DNA from: Leucoraja ocellata
Lineage: Eukaryota
Reading direction: 5' to 3'
Assembly (NCBI GenBank): GCA_036785375.1
Contig: JAWMAR010000872.1
Coordinates: 124,001 to 188,000 of the forward strand
Length of the DNA: 64,000 bases
Positions 25,280 to 39,259 of this stretch are shown here, one piece after another. Position 1 is the stretch's first letter; each line of letters begins with the position of its first letter. The translations under genes were made by a program, and so were the position numbers. The notes below the pieces were generated by a model. It searched no databases. It had not been told where the DNA came from and saw only the letters and a program-made list of their open reading frames with translations.

Positions 25280-26450
25280 CCCTCGCCTGTTTTTCTGATA
25301 TGGTGATCACTGTATTAGGAGCTATTTACTGTTCTTTCCATCTTTGCATCCAATTTCAATTCTCCCTTCACTGTCATATAATCCAATCTGAACTCTTCCC
25401 ACCCCTTCCTCCATTTCTTAGACCACCATGTATGGAAACTGCTCTTGAGAGTATCTGTTCCATTTCTCACACTTTTTTTCTCACCTATTTCCAACTCTTC
25501 CAGAATTGATTGCCCTCATCTAACCAGTTTGTCACCATATACAACTGATCATTGTATCTCCATCCACTCCCCTCTCCTCCCACAACAATCAGTTTGAACA
25601 ATCAGTTACCTATCCATGTCCTCCAGAGATGCTGCCTGACCTGCTGATGCTAATCCAGCACTCTGTGCTTGTTTTTGATCATTGTATCTTCAGTATCATG
25701 CCACCATCAAAACCATCTTCTGGCCCCTCAGCTTTCTGCATTTTTAAGAAATGAGTGCACTTTATTGATAATCTAACAAACTTCCTATGAAAACACAAGT
25801 TACGCTACAATGTATATCTTTCCACTATTTCTCAGTGAAACAGCAATTTACTTGTATGTCTCTCATTTTAATGAGCTCAAAATGTGGTTACCTCAATATT
25901 AAGCAGCAAAATACAGATTAGATGCTGAATTTGCAGAACAGCTCCATTAATTCCCCCTGAGAAAGCTCAGACTTCAAATGGCCTTTCGCTAATTCTTCAC
26001 CTTGCCTCTCTGTCATCTGAAGAACTTCACCTTAAGCTTGAATGATTTTGATGGGCTGTCATTCAGAATGAACATTACATTCAAACAATTTGAGATTAAA
26101 ACCACTGCTCTCACGTTTTATTGTTTTGGGCTGCATTGTTAGGTCGTGATTCTGCTATGCCCATTCAAACCATCTCCTTTACCATTTTTCCCCACTTTTA
26201 CCATTTGGATTTGCAGCATTTGCAGTTTAATCTTTCCTCACTTCCAAACAGACTGCCCATTTTCCCTCCCTCGTATCCTCACACCTACCTTTCTGCCATT
26301 AACATTTTTCAGTTCCGATAAAAGATTATCAATCAAAATATTAGCTCTTATTCTCTAGCCACAGATATTCCTTGAACCGCTCAGTATTTCACACTGTTTT
26401 CTTTTTCTTTTTCAAGATTCTATCAACCAGTGTATTTTGCTTACACATTC
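25280..26450 (+). mobile_element. Old, degraded Penelope-like element 3' region
   Basis: Remnants resembling GIY-YIG domain sequence (VKQ.FTC..., CG.L.I..., FAE.L) at about 25835-25945, then PLE-type terminal sequence. A younger PLE end is inserted at about 25560-25680. Confidence 0.4.
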
Positions 26451-26929
26451 AAAGTTGTTTGGAAGAGTTCTGCATGTGCATTTTCCCCGTGTTGTACAAA
26501 AGTATGCCATCTGGAGTGGCAACAACAACTTCATAAATGGAGTAAGAGTCTAAATGGTTCTGTCTCAGAATGAAAAGAGAAAATATTCTTTAGGTCACGC
26601 AAAGATAAAGGTGGAAAATGATTGACATGGCATAAACATGTATTTATGTATGTCGTGCATTTTGCCCTTTTAAGTATGTTTACAGGCATAATGGAGGCTG
26701 CTTGCGTAGGCTTGGTACATTCTAATTATGTTCTAAAACATAGATGGGTGGCGTGGAACCTTCACTGGGAGGAGGGTATACATGCAGGTATTATGTGTTT
26801 AGGTGGGTTGCTTCTATCATAACTGTGGATATAGAAACATTTACATTATGTGCACAGCAATGTATGTGTTTAAAAAATATGCAATATAGATAGGGTGAGG
26901 ATGGAAACCATATCCAAAGGTCCCCTAGA

Positions 26930-27050
26930 TTATGTAGAAACAAGAAACTGCAGATGCTGGTTTACACAAAAGGATACAAATTGCTGGAGGAATTCAGCAG
27001 CAGCATCTCCGGAGGACATGGATAAGTGAGGTTTTGGTTTGGGACCCATT
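26930..27050 (-). mobile_element. PLE terminal fragment
   Basis: tgtagaaacaagaaactgcagatgctgg...gcagcatctccggaggacatgga. Confidence 0.65.
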
Positions 27051-27094
27051 TTTATGCATGGAATACTTGAAAACAGGAACTTTTATACAATAAT

Positions 27095-27870
27095 CAGTCA
27101 CAGGACTTGAGATATCCCATCCTCATAACATCACTATCTTTCAAAGTAAGGATGGTGAGTGACTTGGAGGGGAAGTGCAGTTGTTGATGTTGCTATGTGT
27201 CTGCTGTCCTTGGTGGTGTCGTTTCAAGTGCGGTCAGAGATGTTGGGGTGAGTATTTGCTGTGAATGTTGTAGTCACAGTGCACCAGTGGTGGAGAGAAT
27301 GAGTCGTTAGGGTGGTGCATGGTATGTCTTTCAAGTGGGCCGCTTTGTCCTGGATGGTGATGTGCGGCTTAGAGCTGCAGTCATTCAAACAAGTGGAGAG
27401 TATTCCACCATGTACATGGGTGGAAGGCATTAGGACATCAAGTGCGTTGCTCAGCAGGGGATTCCAGCCTCTGATCGGCTCATGTGTCTGGTTGTTATGT
27501 GGCTGAGAAGGAAAGGACTGTAAAAGCTGAGAATCTGAAAAGAAAGCAGAAAATGCCAGTGATACTCAGCAGATTAGGCACATCTGTGGAGAAAGATAGA
27601 GAGTTAATCTGTCAGATCTTCAAACAGATGGCATCTTTGGCAACATGCCGTTTTTATTCCTGTGACTTATCCAGTTAAGTTTCTGGTTTGGTAGTGACTC
27701 CCCAAAATGTTGATGGTGCTGGGTGTGGGAGGATTCACAGTGATGGTCATGCCATTGAATATCATGGGTAGATGGTTACATTATATCTTGTCAGAAATGC
27801 CCGTTGTCTGGAAATGTTGTAGTGTGGATGTTATTTGCCACAGCAACCTGAATGTTGATTCTGACGGAAA
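27095..27870 (-). mobile_element. Old CR1-like LINE 3' portion
   Basis: IQDKAAHL..HSLHHWCTV in ORF 27224-27430; same family as 3120-4385. Confidence 0.6.
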
Positions 27871-29146
27871 TGTACTCTACCCAAGTCTGATTAAAGTCTT
27901 TCCGCTGACTGGTTAGCATGCAACAAAAACTTTTCACTCTACCTTGGTACATGTGACAATACACTAAGCTCACTAAAACTAACCAACTAAAGGGCAAAGG
28001 CAGTAGATTAAAATTGACCTTTTGAAGAGGTGCACACCTCTGCATCATAATGTTTTGGGAGTATGATTCATAAATTCATATCATGCTCATATAATTAAAT
28101 GGTTATTCTGGATCGCTTGTCCTACCTTTTACATTATCATCCTTGGTCATACTTCTGATATTGAAACCTAAATATTAGCAGCAAATAATATACAGCACCA
28201 AAGTGCCACATCGATGGGTAATTGATGTAATTTTTCAAAATAACTTAACATGCTGAGCATGTGAAAAAAAAATTCTGATTGCAGTGAAAATTTTAAGTGC
28301 GTAAAATGTCTCTGTGTTATGATTTGGGAATGGGTATAAACCCTTCTGGACTATTCAAAATGCTGTGTGTTTCGTACAGATCCTCAAATATGCAAGGTTT
28401 TTGGATGAACAGCTGTATCCTCTACATCATGGTGAGTTTATTGTAATTCAGCAGGGCACAACGTGATGGGATTCTGCAGCCGCTTTGTGTCACCAGGTGA
28501 CAGCAAGATGACTCAGTGCATTAAGATGAGGTGAAAGCAGTACTGCGAATGGCAATCAAAGTGCAGGCAGAATGGACTGACACTGGACAAGGCCATGGAT
28601 AAGGATAATTTAAGGCAGAGAGTATGTTGGATTTAATGAAGACCCTGTGGCAGCTTAGGAACCCATACTTTATGATTTGTGATCGTTGCTCTCTTGCTTG
28701 ACTCAGAGCATTATTCAGTTTTTCTTTCACTAACAATTTTTCAGGCAGAGTCATAGCATCCTTTTCCTATACATTTATAAAATTCAGATGATGAATACTG
28801 CAATAAAATGTACAAGCTGCGATTGAAATGGAATTTCTATTGCAATGTACTATGGAGATGTATAGCTTTAACTCAGCCATGAGCAGGGATTTTCAATGCT
28901 AGTTTATGACTGGAGTGAAAGCAATGGGAGTACAGAGTCTGTCCAAAGTCAACATCTGGACTTCAGAGCCAACATCAGCATCAGGATTCACTTGATGGAG
29001 CAGACAGGTGCAGAAATTGAATCGATTGCTGATTCAATTGGACCATTTTTGGGTGATTTGACATAACATTACTTATAGTTCATAATCGCAGTTATATGAG
29101 GTACACCAGAGTTGGTCGCTCATTTGCACAAATGAACAATCTTTTG

Positions 29147-29347
29147 TTGAAGAAGGAACTGCAGATGCTGGAAAATCGAAGGTACACAAAAATGCTGGAG
29201 AAACTCGTTGGGTGCAGCAGCATCTATGAAGCTAAGGAAATGGGCAAAGTTTCGGGCCAAAACCCTTCCTCAGACTGATGGGGGGTTGGGGGGGGGGGGG
29301 GGGGGGGGGAGAAGAAAGGAAAAGGAGGAGGAGGAGCCCAAGGGCTA
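29147..29347 (-). mobile_element. PLE terminal fragment with hammerhead motif and G tract
   Basis: Minus strand CTGAGGA-A-GGGTT-tt-GGCCC-GAAAC; 9-bp TSD aatcttttg (29138-29146 / 29348-29356); same subfamily as 14443-14542. Confidence 0.8.
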
Positions 29348-29437
29348 AATCTTTTGCTTGCTTTGGTTTGAAGTTTAATTTGCTTTTGTACAGGGTTGTC
29401 TGAAAGTTGATTTAGGTTCTTGAACAGGTTCTTGAGA

Positions 29438-29840
29438 AGGTTGTTGGCTGCAACCTTCCCTCCATTGACGAACTGTACACTGCAAGGGCCATGAAGCGAT
29501 CGGGTAAAATCATCTCTCACCCCTCTCACTCTGCCACAAACTCTTTGAATCACTTCCCCCTGGAAGGCAACTCCGGACTGTCAAAGCTGCCACAACCAGA
29601 CATAAAAACAGCCTTTTTTCCACGAGTAGTAGCTCTACTCAATAACCAAACATCTGTAGCCTCCTTTTACTCTGGTATTTTATTTAATTCACATGTTTAA
29701 TCAGTAATGTTTTATTATCAATGTTTAATGTTTTATGTGTCATTTTTAACTGTCACTGTATGTCGTTGTCACTTGAGTGCGGAGCACCAAGGCAAATTCC
29801 TTGTATGTGAATACTTGGCCAATAAACTTATTCATTCATT
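29438..29840 (+). mobile_element. Rex1/Babar LINE 3' end
   Basis: GCNLPSIDELYTARAMKRSGKIIS.PSH...LFESLP.GR.LR...FFPRVVALLN; aataaa followed by (ATTC)n tail. Confidence 0.8.
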
Positions 29841-31044
29841 CTAATTGTATCCAATGACAAAACACTGTGGTCCACATCTGGCACTACCATGTACTTTAAT
29901 TTTTTTTAAATATATTTGTGCCAATATGTTGTTTTTTGCACATTTATTCTTTTAGAAATGATGCCTATAATGTGCAATTTGTGCATAATTTGCTGTTGCA
30001 TGTTTGTTGGAGTCTATGTTGCTGTGATGCTGTTGTAAGTAAGGTTTTTCACTGTTTTCACATCATACTTACACTACTGACAATAAACACCACTTGACTT
30101 GATGTATTTTAAGTTTGTAAATTTGGAACTGGAAAGGAATTGAACATCTTTTGAAAAAATAATTTATTAAAAAATTAACTTGTTTACTTTCTGTTGAGAT
30201 CTAAAATGTCAGTTTATGGTTTTTATTAGGCTAATATAAGATAAGAACGATATTGTGGATTTCCCATTCAGTAATGGTTCTTGGAACCAGAACTGCTAGC
30301 TTGTCATAAAAGTCACACTGGGCTTCATCTTGATATGCTGGTGACTCAGCATACAATTGTTGCCTGACGATCACCTCTACAGTACTTCCCTAGTTTGAAT
30401 TCAGGGTGCCACTGAAGCCTCCTGAAGCCCACTGGCATGGTCTTAGTGGTGATAAGACTGGCGGTATAATGAAGAAATCCTGTTTCCCCCCTCCCACACA
30501 AAAAACCCTCTGACAATCAGTGTAGCCAGACTGTGTTGTTCACTGTAAATGATGTATGAGATTTTTAACAAATATTATTTGGCGAAAATCATAGACATTT
30601 ACTAAGTAGTAAACAAGGAGTAGAAAAAACAATATTTTATGACCTAAAACATCACAAATCACAATATAATTCTTGAAAGATATTAAAATAATCCAAAATA
30701 GTTGATGAAAAATGGTTATTTACCCGTTCCTTTAGCCTCCACATTCCAGGCTCTATAAACACATTAAGATCAACGGAATCTAGGATTGTACTGTTGTTCT
30801 GACCATATAGTAATGGAGCAGCTTTATCCTTCCCATCGGGACTCCTGTAATGGTTCGAACGGACAGAATTGGCCTTTCAAACCTGTTAGTATGTCTGAGA
30901 TTTATATTTGACAGGACGCGTACAGACATCAAGATCAAGGCCAGTGTGTTTTCAAGGCAAGATAACATAGTTTTGGTTCCATGCATCTATTTTTTTTAAC
31001 TTGTTAATCTAAATAAAGCTGATTAATCCATTACAAAAAAAAAT

Positions 31045-31740
31045 TCTCCCGGTTGCTAAACACTTGAATTCTCCTTCCCATTCCCACATAGACACTCCTC
31101 CATTGTCAGAGTGAGGCTAAACGCAAATTGGAGAAACAGCATCTCATATTTCGCTTGGGCAGCTTACAGCCCAGAGGTATGAATCTTGATTTCTCTCACT
31201 TCGGGTAGCCCCGTCTATTCCTCTTCCACCCAAGTCAATCAACAATAGACAATAAGTGCAGGAGTAGGCCATTCGGCCCTTCGAGCCAGCACCGCCATTC
31301 AATGTGATCACGGCTGATCATCCCCAATCAGTGCCCCGTTCCTGCCTTCTCCCCATAACCCCTGACTCAGCTATTTTTAAGATCCCTGTCTAGCTCTCTC
31401 TTGAAAGCATCCAGAGAACCTGCCTCCACTGCCCTCTGAGGCAGAAGTTGCACTAACTTCTCGTTTTCACTCAACAAACAGCAATCAATGGCCTGTTTCC
31501 TTTATCATCGTTACCTTTTCACATATCTTTTATTCATTATTCTTTATCTCTCTACATCATCGTCTATATCTCTCATTTCCCTTATCCCTAACCAGTCTGA
31601 AGAAGGGTCTCGAACCGAAACATCACCCATTCACTTCTCTCCAGAGTTTTACTTCCTAAATATCTCCACATTTCTACCTGAAGAAGCCTTCCAACACTTT
31701 GTGTCTTATTTGATAAATCAACATTTGCAGTTTCTTGTAT
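31045..31740 (+). mobile_element. Penelope-like element 3' end (GIY-YIG C-terminus plus terminal repeat with hammerhead)
   Basis: LPVAKHLNSPSHSH..LLHCQSEAKRKLEKQHLIFRLGSLQPRGMNLDFSHFG*; CTGAAGA at 31597-31603, GAAAC at 31617-31621. Interrupted by a CR1. Confidence 0.8.
31241..31449 (-). mobile_element. CR1 3' fragment nested in a PLE
   Basis: Reverse complement of 24612-24788-type sequence with (GACAATA)n tail. Confidence 0.85.
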
Positions 31741-32484
31741 CCTCATTCTTACCTTCTTGATCTTCCTCTGGGATGTTTCGTATCAGCTAATTTAAACAAG
31801 CTTTTGAATGTATGAATAACTACTTGTGGCTTATTTTTGAATTCTCTTGCGTTGCGATGTTTGATTCTATAAACATTCAAAGGAAATGTTGGAATACATT
31901 GCTGTTATTACAACTGTATCTAAAAGGCATCAATCTGAAATATTAAGGCAGCAATGATCAACTCCTTAATATCCACTGTTTTTTTTCCATGATTGCCAAA
32001 ATGAAGACTGATTGTTGCATGAATTTACCATATTGAGAAAGTGGGTTGGTTGCTTGCGCACAAGCAAACATTTGCTCTTTTCCATCCCATGAATGGCGCT
32101 CTTTGCTGCATCTTTTTTGTCATCGTACTCTAATACATTAGAGAAATATGTAGAGTTGGCTGAATGTAACATTAAATCTTGCACCATAAGGGTATGACAC
32201 CAGCAGTAACAAATCTGACCTATATAATGTAGCAATTGCATGTTTTAAGCATGCATCAATTAACAGCAAGTAGGATCCTTACCCATGCTATGAAAGGAGA
32301 ATATGCAGCTCCTCGCTTCATTCTGAAGGAAGGTTTGGACCTGAAACACTATCTGGCTATGTCCATGCATTTATGTTGAGTACCTCCAGCAGTTTGATTT
32401 TAGTTCAGAATTTGAGCATCTCCTTTACTTTTTCCGGACCTCATGCAAGTTATTGAAGTGGAAAAGAAAGATTGGAGGGTATGG

Positions 32485-32606
32485 CTGGAACAGGTTTAGT
32501 GGGATATGGGCCAAACATGGGTAAATGGGACTAGCCTAGATGGGGCATTAGGTTGGTATGGGCAAGTTGGGTCAAAAGGCTGTTTCTGTGCGGTATGACT
32601 CTGTAA
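32485..32606 (+). mobile_element. CR1 3' UTR fragment
   Basis: ggtttagtgggatatgggccaaa...ctgtttctgtgcggtatgactct. Confidence 0.7.
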
Positions 32607-33499
32607 CCAAGTCAAAATTGATTGGAGTTTGCAGATGGAATTACTGTTTTGACTTCATTATGGATGTAGATGATTTGTTGACTAACATCCAAGGAGGTCA
32701 GGATATTTATGAGAATGAAAAGAGGATACAAGAACATATGAAACTACCAGAAGAGTGTGGGGGGAACAATATATGTGAAGGGGGAAGAAGGGGCGGAAGA
32801 TTCTTGTAGGGAGCCCATCTCTGGCAAGGAAGACATTAGCAGACAGTTCTTTCACTGACTGTAGTCCAAATCACCATCCCACTATGATTCCCAGATCACC
32901 ATGACAGTCATCACATTATCTGCATAGTTACAATCTCAACATTGAAGTTAACCACAAATTCACATTCCAAACCACATTCAGCACTTCATTTCCATCCCAT
33001 CAGCGGATCTCTTTGCTGCACCTTTTTTGTCGTGATGTTCCACTACATTACTCCTTACGTGTTTGCAGAATGGCTTTTGAAACATGCGTGTCACGTGCAC
33101 GATGGAATGTGTGACAGAGCGTAAGGATTGAGATGTCGTCATCTTCTGAGTCTCAGCCCTAGTGCTGGCAATGTTCTTTGTAACGTTTGACAGAATTATG
33201 ACCAGTCATTGTATGAATTACAACATTTAGAATCTGTATATAGTTGTGTAAATGGGTCATGTACAGTAGGTACTTCACATATAAATGATGAAAGCACCAT
33301 GTATATGGAGCTTCTTGTTGACAGAGTTATGGAAAACAGTTCTCTTTGATGCCTCTATATTCTGCAACGGTTATGGTACAGAAAGCAGAGCAGCATTCCA
33401 GCAGTACCCAAGGACCAATTTCAGATTAGTTACAATTGGCAAAGAGGATCGGATGTTTAAAATAAAAAAATAAAAAGAATCAGCAAATCAAAATCAGCC

Positions 33500-35650
33500 T
33501 TGTGCCTTTCAGAGTGGTATTCTTTTACTCTGAAGAACAAAGTGTGACAGAAAATCCACCCTGAATGTTGAATTGCCCAACGGCAGGCTGAAGAACTATA
33601 TTCCGAGTTGAACCCGCTTGTCAAATCAAATGGAGCCAAGGAGAGCTTGCAGGCTTGCTGCAGTGTTCGCTTTACTAGACAGCAGCACTTGTTCTTGAAG
33701 CTCACTGACGGATATTTCAAGCAAAATTAAAACAAGGTAGATAGTGTAAATCTGCTGTAGTAGACCAAATTGTGAGTCAAAGTGCAAATGCACAGGGGAA
33801 TTGAGTACTATGAATTGTATTTGGTCGGTACAGAAAGAAAATGGTGGGTCAAGGACAAGGAGTCTTCACAGCAAGCCGGTGGGTATGTAAAAATGTGTGT
33901 GAATCATGCACTTCCATCATCACATGCAGAGGATGCACTGGGGATTTTCCATGGGGAATAGTATTCTTGAACTGAAAGATGATGTTGAAAGTGTGCAAAT
34001 ATTGAATGCAGCAGGGAAGGGGAATCACAGAGCAGTCTTCCTCATGGAAATAAGTTTCAAAGTGTGCATCAAGATGGTGCAGTAAATAATACAGGTATAT
34101 CTCTCGGCCGGAGGAACACTGCAATCTACCATTAACTGAGTAGTGTTACACCGTAAGTTCAGCATCCAGTCACAAACTGCAAGAAACCACAGGTGATTAT
34201 ATTGTAGTATTCTATAGCACTCCTGGCTGCATCACTCCGACTCTTCCCTCCAGTCCTGCTGCAGATCATCTCACTTCTGCCCCCCCATCCCGACCCCTAC
34301 ACACCTGGCTGAAGCCCTACCTTGTTACAGGAGGCTTCAGTAGGCCACAAAACTCGATGAAGAGGAATTTTGGTGATAAATGTATGATCTCACTTCTCTC
34401 ATATTGGAACAGTTCATGCCAGGACTTCACGATCCCTCTCTGTAGGCAGAGTGGGATTGAGAAGCATCCTGCTCAAGTTTGTCTGACTGCAGAAATTTCC
34501 ATCCGTTTCATGATGGTATCCAACCCAGACCCCTAATCAACAGTAGGCCCAATTTCAGTGCAGAGTGGTGTGAAGCACACGCATTTCTCTGTCTTTATTA
34601 CCAAATTGTTGTACCTCGTTCCAACACTTTTCCCACTGGAATAATGGAAAATGGAATAGATCAAATGTTAAAAATTGATCACCACTCTAGGATCAAGGTT
34701 ACTCCAACCTATGTAATCAAGCTTTAGTATGCAGATCATGCTAGCATATGTGCACGTTTAAAGAGTCTTTATTGACTTCTTCACTGAAGCAGAGGAGAGA
34801 AGATGCCGTACAATTAACTGAAGTCCTCCATCAAGTCCACCGGCAAAACTGAAGTCCTCCATCAAACTGACCTTGCTGTGCAATACTGTCCTTGGACAAT
34901 AAAGCTGCTCAATGACACCCTTAAAACATGCCCAGCTCTCCCGTATCCCTCTCTATCAGGGATGATTGTGATGACCAAATTCACCATTTCCTTCAATGTA
35001 CTAGCATAACCATTTGCTATGTTTAGTCATCTTAGACCCAGCGCAAAAATCATGGTCAATATGCACCAGTTACTCTTGCACTCCGATATGTCTCTGAGAC
35101 ATGGACTACCTGCAGCAGTGACCTGAAAGTGGTAGAGATATCATCATGTCTGTCTCTGCAAAAGGCATTCAAATTTAGTGGGAGAATATGAACCAATGTC
35201 AGTGACCTGTTTGTGGTTCGAGTGACAAAATAATCTAATCGAAGCAGTAAGGCAAAGAAAAATCTTACTTGATTTAATGTGTGGGATTGAAACGGAGATG
35301 GTGGCCAAGAAAACCAGAGTGTTCCATCCTGTGTCAGCCACGGATCCATTATTCCCAAAGCCTTCCTTCAGTAACAAGGACAACATCATGTGACTGTAAC
35401 CAGTGGATTTAGATGTACCGGGAGTCGTAACCAGTTTTTGAAGAGCCCGGATGCTACCCAATTCAGAAGAAAGGAAACAAAAAAAAGTTTGTAAAATTAA
35501 ATATAAGACAACTGATGGTACAGAGAGAACAAGTTTCTCTTTGGAAATCACAGAAAGCATATCTCCATCATATTGTAACAGCTGCAATGATGCTGAAATT
35601 ACAATATATAGAATCTCTGCTACAAGGCACTGCAGTGTAAGAAAAAGGGG
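33500..35650 (+). mobile_element. Possible highly decayed Gypsy-like LTR retrotransposon internal region
   Basis: Faint integrase-like order: INSRPNFSAEW..H (cf. SDNGPQF) at about 34535, QPRS-like at about 35335, and purine tract aagaaaaaggggg at 35639-35651. No intact ORF or LTR seen. Confidence 0.3.
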
Positions 35651-35663
35651 CTCTGATCAAGGT

Positions 35664-35850
35664 TAATATCTATCCCTTAATCAATATCACTTAAAATAAC
35701 AAATTATCTGGTTGTTATCACATCGGTGATCGTGGGACTCGGATGTGTGGAGTTTGACCGTACATTTCTACATTACAGCAGTTGCAATTGTGAACTCACC
35801 ATCAAAAAGTATTTCACCGGCTGTAAAGTGCTTTGTAATGTCTTGAGTTT
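35664..35850 (+). mobile_element. Deu-domain SINE 3' part
   Basis: aattatctggttgttatcacat...ctacattacagcag...aaaaagtatttcaccggctgtaaagtgcttt. Confidence 0.65.
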
Positions 35851-37189
35851 GTATGTCTTGTGCCTGGCATTTTTTAATTCCACATTATTAACCCACAGGT
35901 GCCAGGCTGTGCTTTGAATTTGCATCTATGGATTGTTTTTCTTGTGTTTAAGTTATCTCTTTGCTTACACTGCCTTTGCCTACATTGTGCCAAAGCCATT
36001 ATGATATTGCACCATGAGGTGCATTGGTATTCCAAAGAGCAAGTGATACAGACTGAGATTATATCAGTCTGTTTTTTGTTAGCAATTTAAAGCAATGCAT
36101 TCTTCAGTTACTAGCATACATCTCAATGATGGTAAGGCCATAAAAGACTGAAGCATTCTTAAAAATATTCCTCCAGAAGTCATCAAAATGCATGGCAGCT
36201 CCATGCTTGGGCGAGTCTGACACCATGACCTCTACCGCCAAGAAGGGCAAGGGCAATGGACAAATGGACCATCTCCACGTGTTGGTTTCCTCCAAGTTGC
36301 GCAGTGTCCTGACTTGAAAACCTTTTGTCATCGTGCATTGCTGGATCCACATCTTATTTAACAACATTATGCATCAAGCATCTGTTTCCACCTGAGATCA
36401 GCACTGTCACAGAAATCAGGCTTCAATCAATTTGATTCAAAAACAGTCTGGAGCTCTGGAGACTATAAACACGGTGGGCAAGGCAATGTCTTGCCATCTT
36501 GATTATAGAACTAAAGACTTGCATTCCAGAACTTGCTGCACCGCTACTCAGCACTGGCATCTATAAGACAAAATGAAAAATTGCCCAGATATGTCGGAAT
36601 AAATGACTACTCAAGATATCTGATGTGAGACTTCAGCAGAGTCCCAGGTATCATTGATAATACTCTCAAATGACACGTACAAGAACCTGCAACTAATGCC
36701 CCAATAATAATGTCCTTGTGAATACCATAGCAAACCATGTTGCCCCCTATTGGCCCTTGGCCACTCGTTGACCTGCGGTTCATTCCCTTTCTCTATTGAT
36801 GCTCAACCTGAAATGCTGAGTATTTCTGGAATATTCTGTGTTATTCCAATTTCCAACGTCTGTAGTATTCTGTTTTTGGATGCGTTAACCTATATGCTGA
36901 GGAGTGTTCCAAACTTCTGTGTTTAAAGTTGTAGTGAACAAACATCTAGAAGTATTTCCTAATGCCAAGTTATAGTCTCTGCCACCAGTTTTAGATTCTC
37001 CAACTGGCATTAATTACTTATGCCTAATTGCTCTATCATTTTTCTATGACATTTGGAAATTTGATTTGATTAACCAGTTGTTATCTGTATTTTGGGAATA
37101 AAAACCCAGTGTGTAATTTAACCATGAGCATCCAAGTATCATTCAAATAAATCTACACTTTAAAGGTGTATTATCCATCTTTTCTCACA

Positions 37190-38200
37190 GTCGTAGAGGT
37201 ATACAGTGTAGAAGCAGGCCCTTTGGCCCAACTTGCCCACACCAACCAACCAACATGCCCCATTTACACTGGTCCCATCTGCCTGCATTTGGCCCATATC
37301 CCTCTAAACCTATCCTAATCATGTACGGGTCTAAATGTTTCTTAAACATTGTGATAGTACCTGCCTCAACTACCTCCTCCGATGCCTTGTTCTATACACC
37401 TCCCACCCTTTGTGTATAAAAATGTTACTCCTAAGGCTTCTAATAAATCTTCCCCTCCCTTCACCTTAAACCTATGTCCTCTGGTTCACAATTCCCATAC
37501 TTTGGGCAAGAGACTCTGTGTATTTACCCAATCTATTCCTCTCATGATTTTGAATACATCTATACTCATCCCCTTGCGATCCTAGCCTACTCAACCTATC
37601 CCAAAAGCTCAGATGCTCAAGTCCAGGCAACATCCTCGTAAATCTTCTCTGCATCCTTTCCAACTTGCCAACATTTCCTTTATCATGGTTCCCAAAACTG
37701 AACACAGTACTTCAGCACTTCAGCTCAGCACTTCAACTCCCCCTCCCATTCCGAATCCGACCTTTCTGCCCTGGGCCTCATCCATTGCCAGAGTGAGGCC
37801 CAGCGCAAGCTGGAGGAACAGCACCTCATATTTCGCTTGGGCAGTTTACACCCCAGCAGCATGACCATTGACTTCTCTAATTTCAGATAGTCCTTGCTTT
37901 CCCCCCCACCCCCCCAATTCCCAGCTCTCCCACAAGCCTACTGTCTCCGCCTCTTCCTTTCTTTTTCCCGCCCCCCACCCCCCGGACATCAGTCTGGAGA
38001 AGGGTCTTGACCCGAATTGTTGCCTATTCCTTCTCTCCATTGATGCTGCCTCATCCGCTGAATTCCTCCAGCATTTTTGTCCACCTTCGATGTTTCCAGC
38101 ATCTGCAGATCTTTCTTAAACAGTGCTCTAAATGTGGCCTCACCAATGTCTTTTATATGTACAACGTGGCCTCCCAACTTCTATACTCAATACTAATTCC
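37190..38200 (-). mobile_element. CR1 3' fragment, interrupted by a PLE
   Basis: KLERMQRRFTRMLPGLEHLSF.DRL.RLG in ORF 37472-37705. Confidence 0.85.
37712..38116 (+). mobile_element. Penelope-like element 3' end nested in a CR1
   Basis: HFNS..SHSESDLSALGLIHCQSEAQRKLEEQHLIFRLGSLHPSSMTIDFSNFR*; degenerate hammerhead ctggaga..gggtc/gaccc..gaatt at about 37994-38020. Confidence 0.85.
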
Positions 38201-39259
38201 CATGTCAGAACGGCTTGCAGTTCTTCATGTGTGATTTAGCTAAGGCTTTGTGCAGTGTCTCCCCTTCTATTCCAAACACCCAGGCTAGCATCTCATAATC
38301 CTCGATTATTTTCTGCACTTTGTTCATGATCTATCATCATTAGATGTTGGGCTCCCAATCACTTTGTATTTCCATTGTTTCTAACTTTTCATCATTTGGA
38401 AAATATTCCATGGTTTATTTGTGATCTGAAGCAGACGATAATATATTTTCCATGGTGAAAATCTGTTTTTCCATTTGCTTATTGTATCAAAGTTACTTTA
38501 TTTTCTAATGCTTCCATCTGCATGCTTTCTTTGCCATCTCTCTCTGTGTTATCAGGAAAATTGGATTTGTGGGTTTCTAAACCATTATCAAAGTAATTTA
38601 TGAATATGGTTAGCATTTGCATGCCAAAATAAATCCATTGCAGACACTACCAGCAATGTCCTGCCAATTTGAGTCCATTATACGCTATTCCCAGTCTCCT
38701 GGCATTCAGCCTGCGTCCTAATCAAGTAAACCATTTGTTTTCAGATCCTAGATCTTCAACCAGCAAACGGATCTCAAATTTCTTCTAAAAGTCAATATAA
38801 ATAACAATCGTGGACATTTCCTAGTCCGTTACTTTCCCAACCTCTCCAAAAATCTAATCAACTTTGTCACGTATGAGCCATCCTATTCAAAGCAATGCAG
38901 GTTCTCTCTGAATAAGTTCTAAATGTTCATCTTAACCAGAGCTAGATCTTAACCATAGCTTTCAGTCATTTTCCGACAATAAATGATGGTCGCATTGGTC
39001 TATGTTTGCTTGGATAAATAGCAAAGCAACATAAACAATAATTCAATTTAATGCAATAGTTGTCAAATCCAAAAAACTTTGAAGGATTATAGTTCCCACT
39101 CTTACATTACTTTAATTCACTTCTCTTAATACTTGAGATAGAAACAGTCTGGTTCTGATCATTTGTTTTATTTAATAGCCGTATTTTTCTCTTCATTGTT
39201 GGTGATTGCAACGTTCTATGAAAATTGGCTGAATTTCCCAAAATGTTCTGCTACCAATC

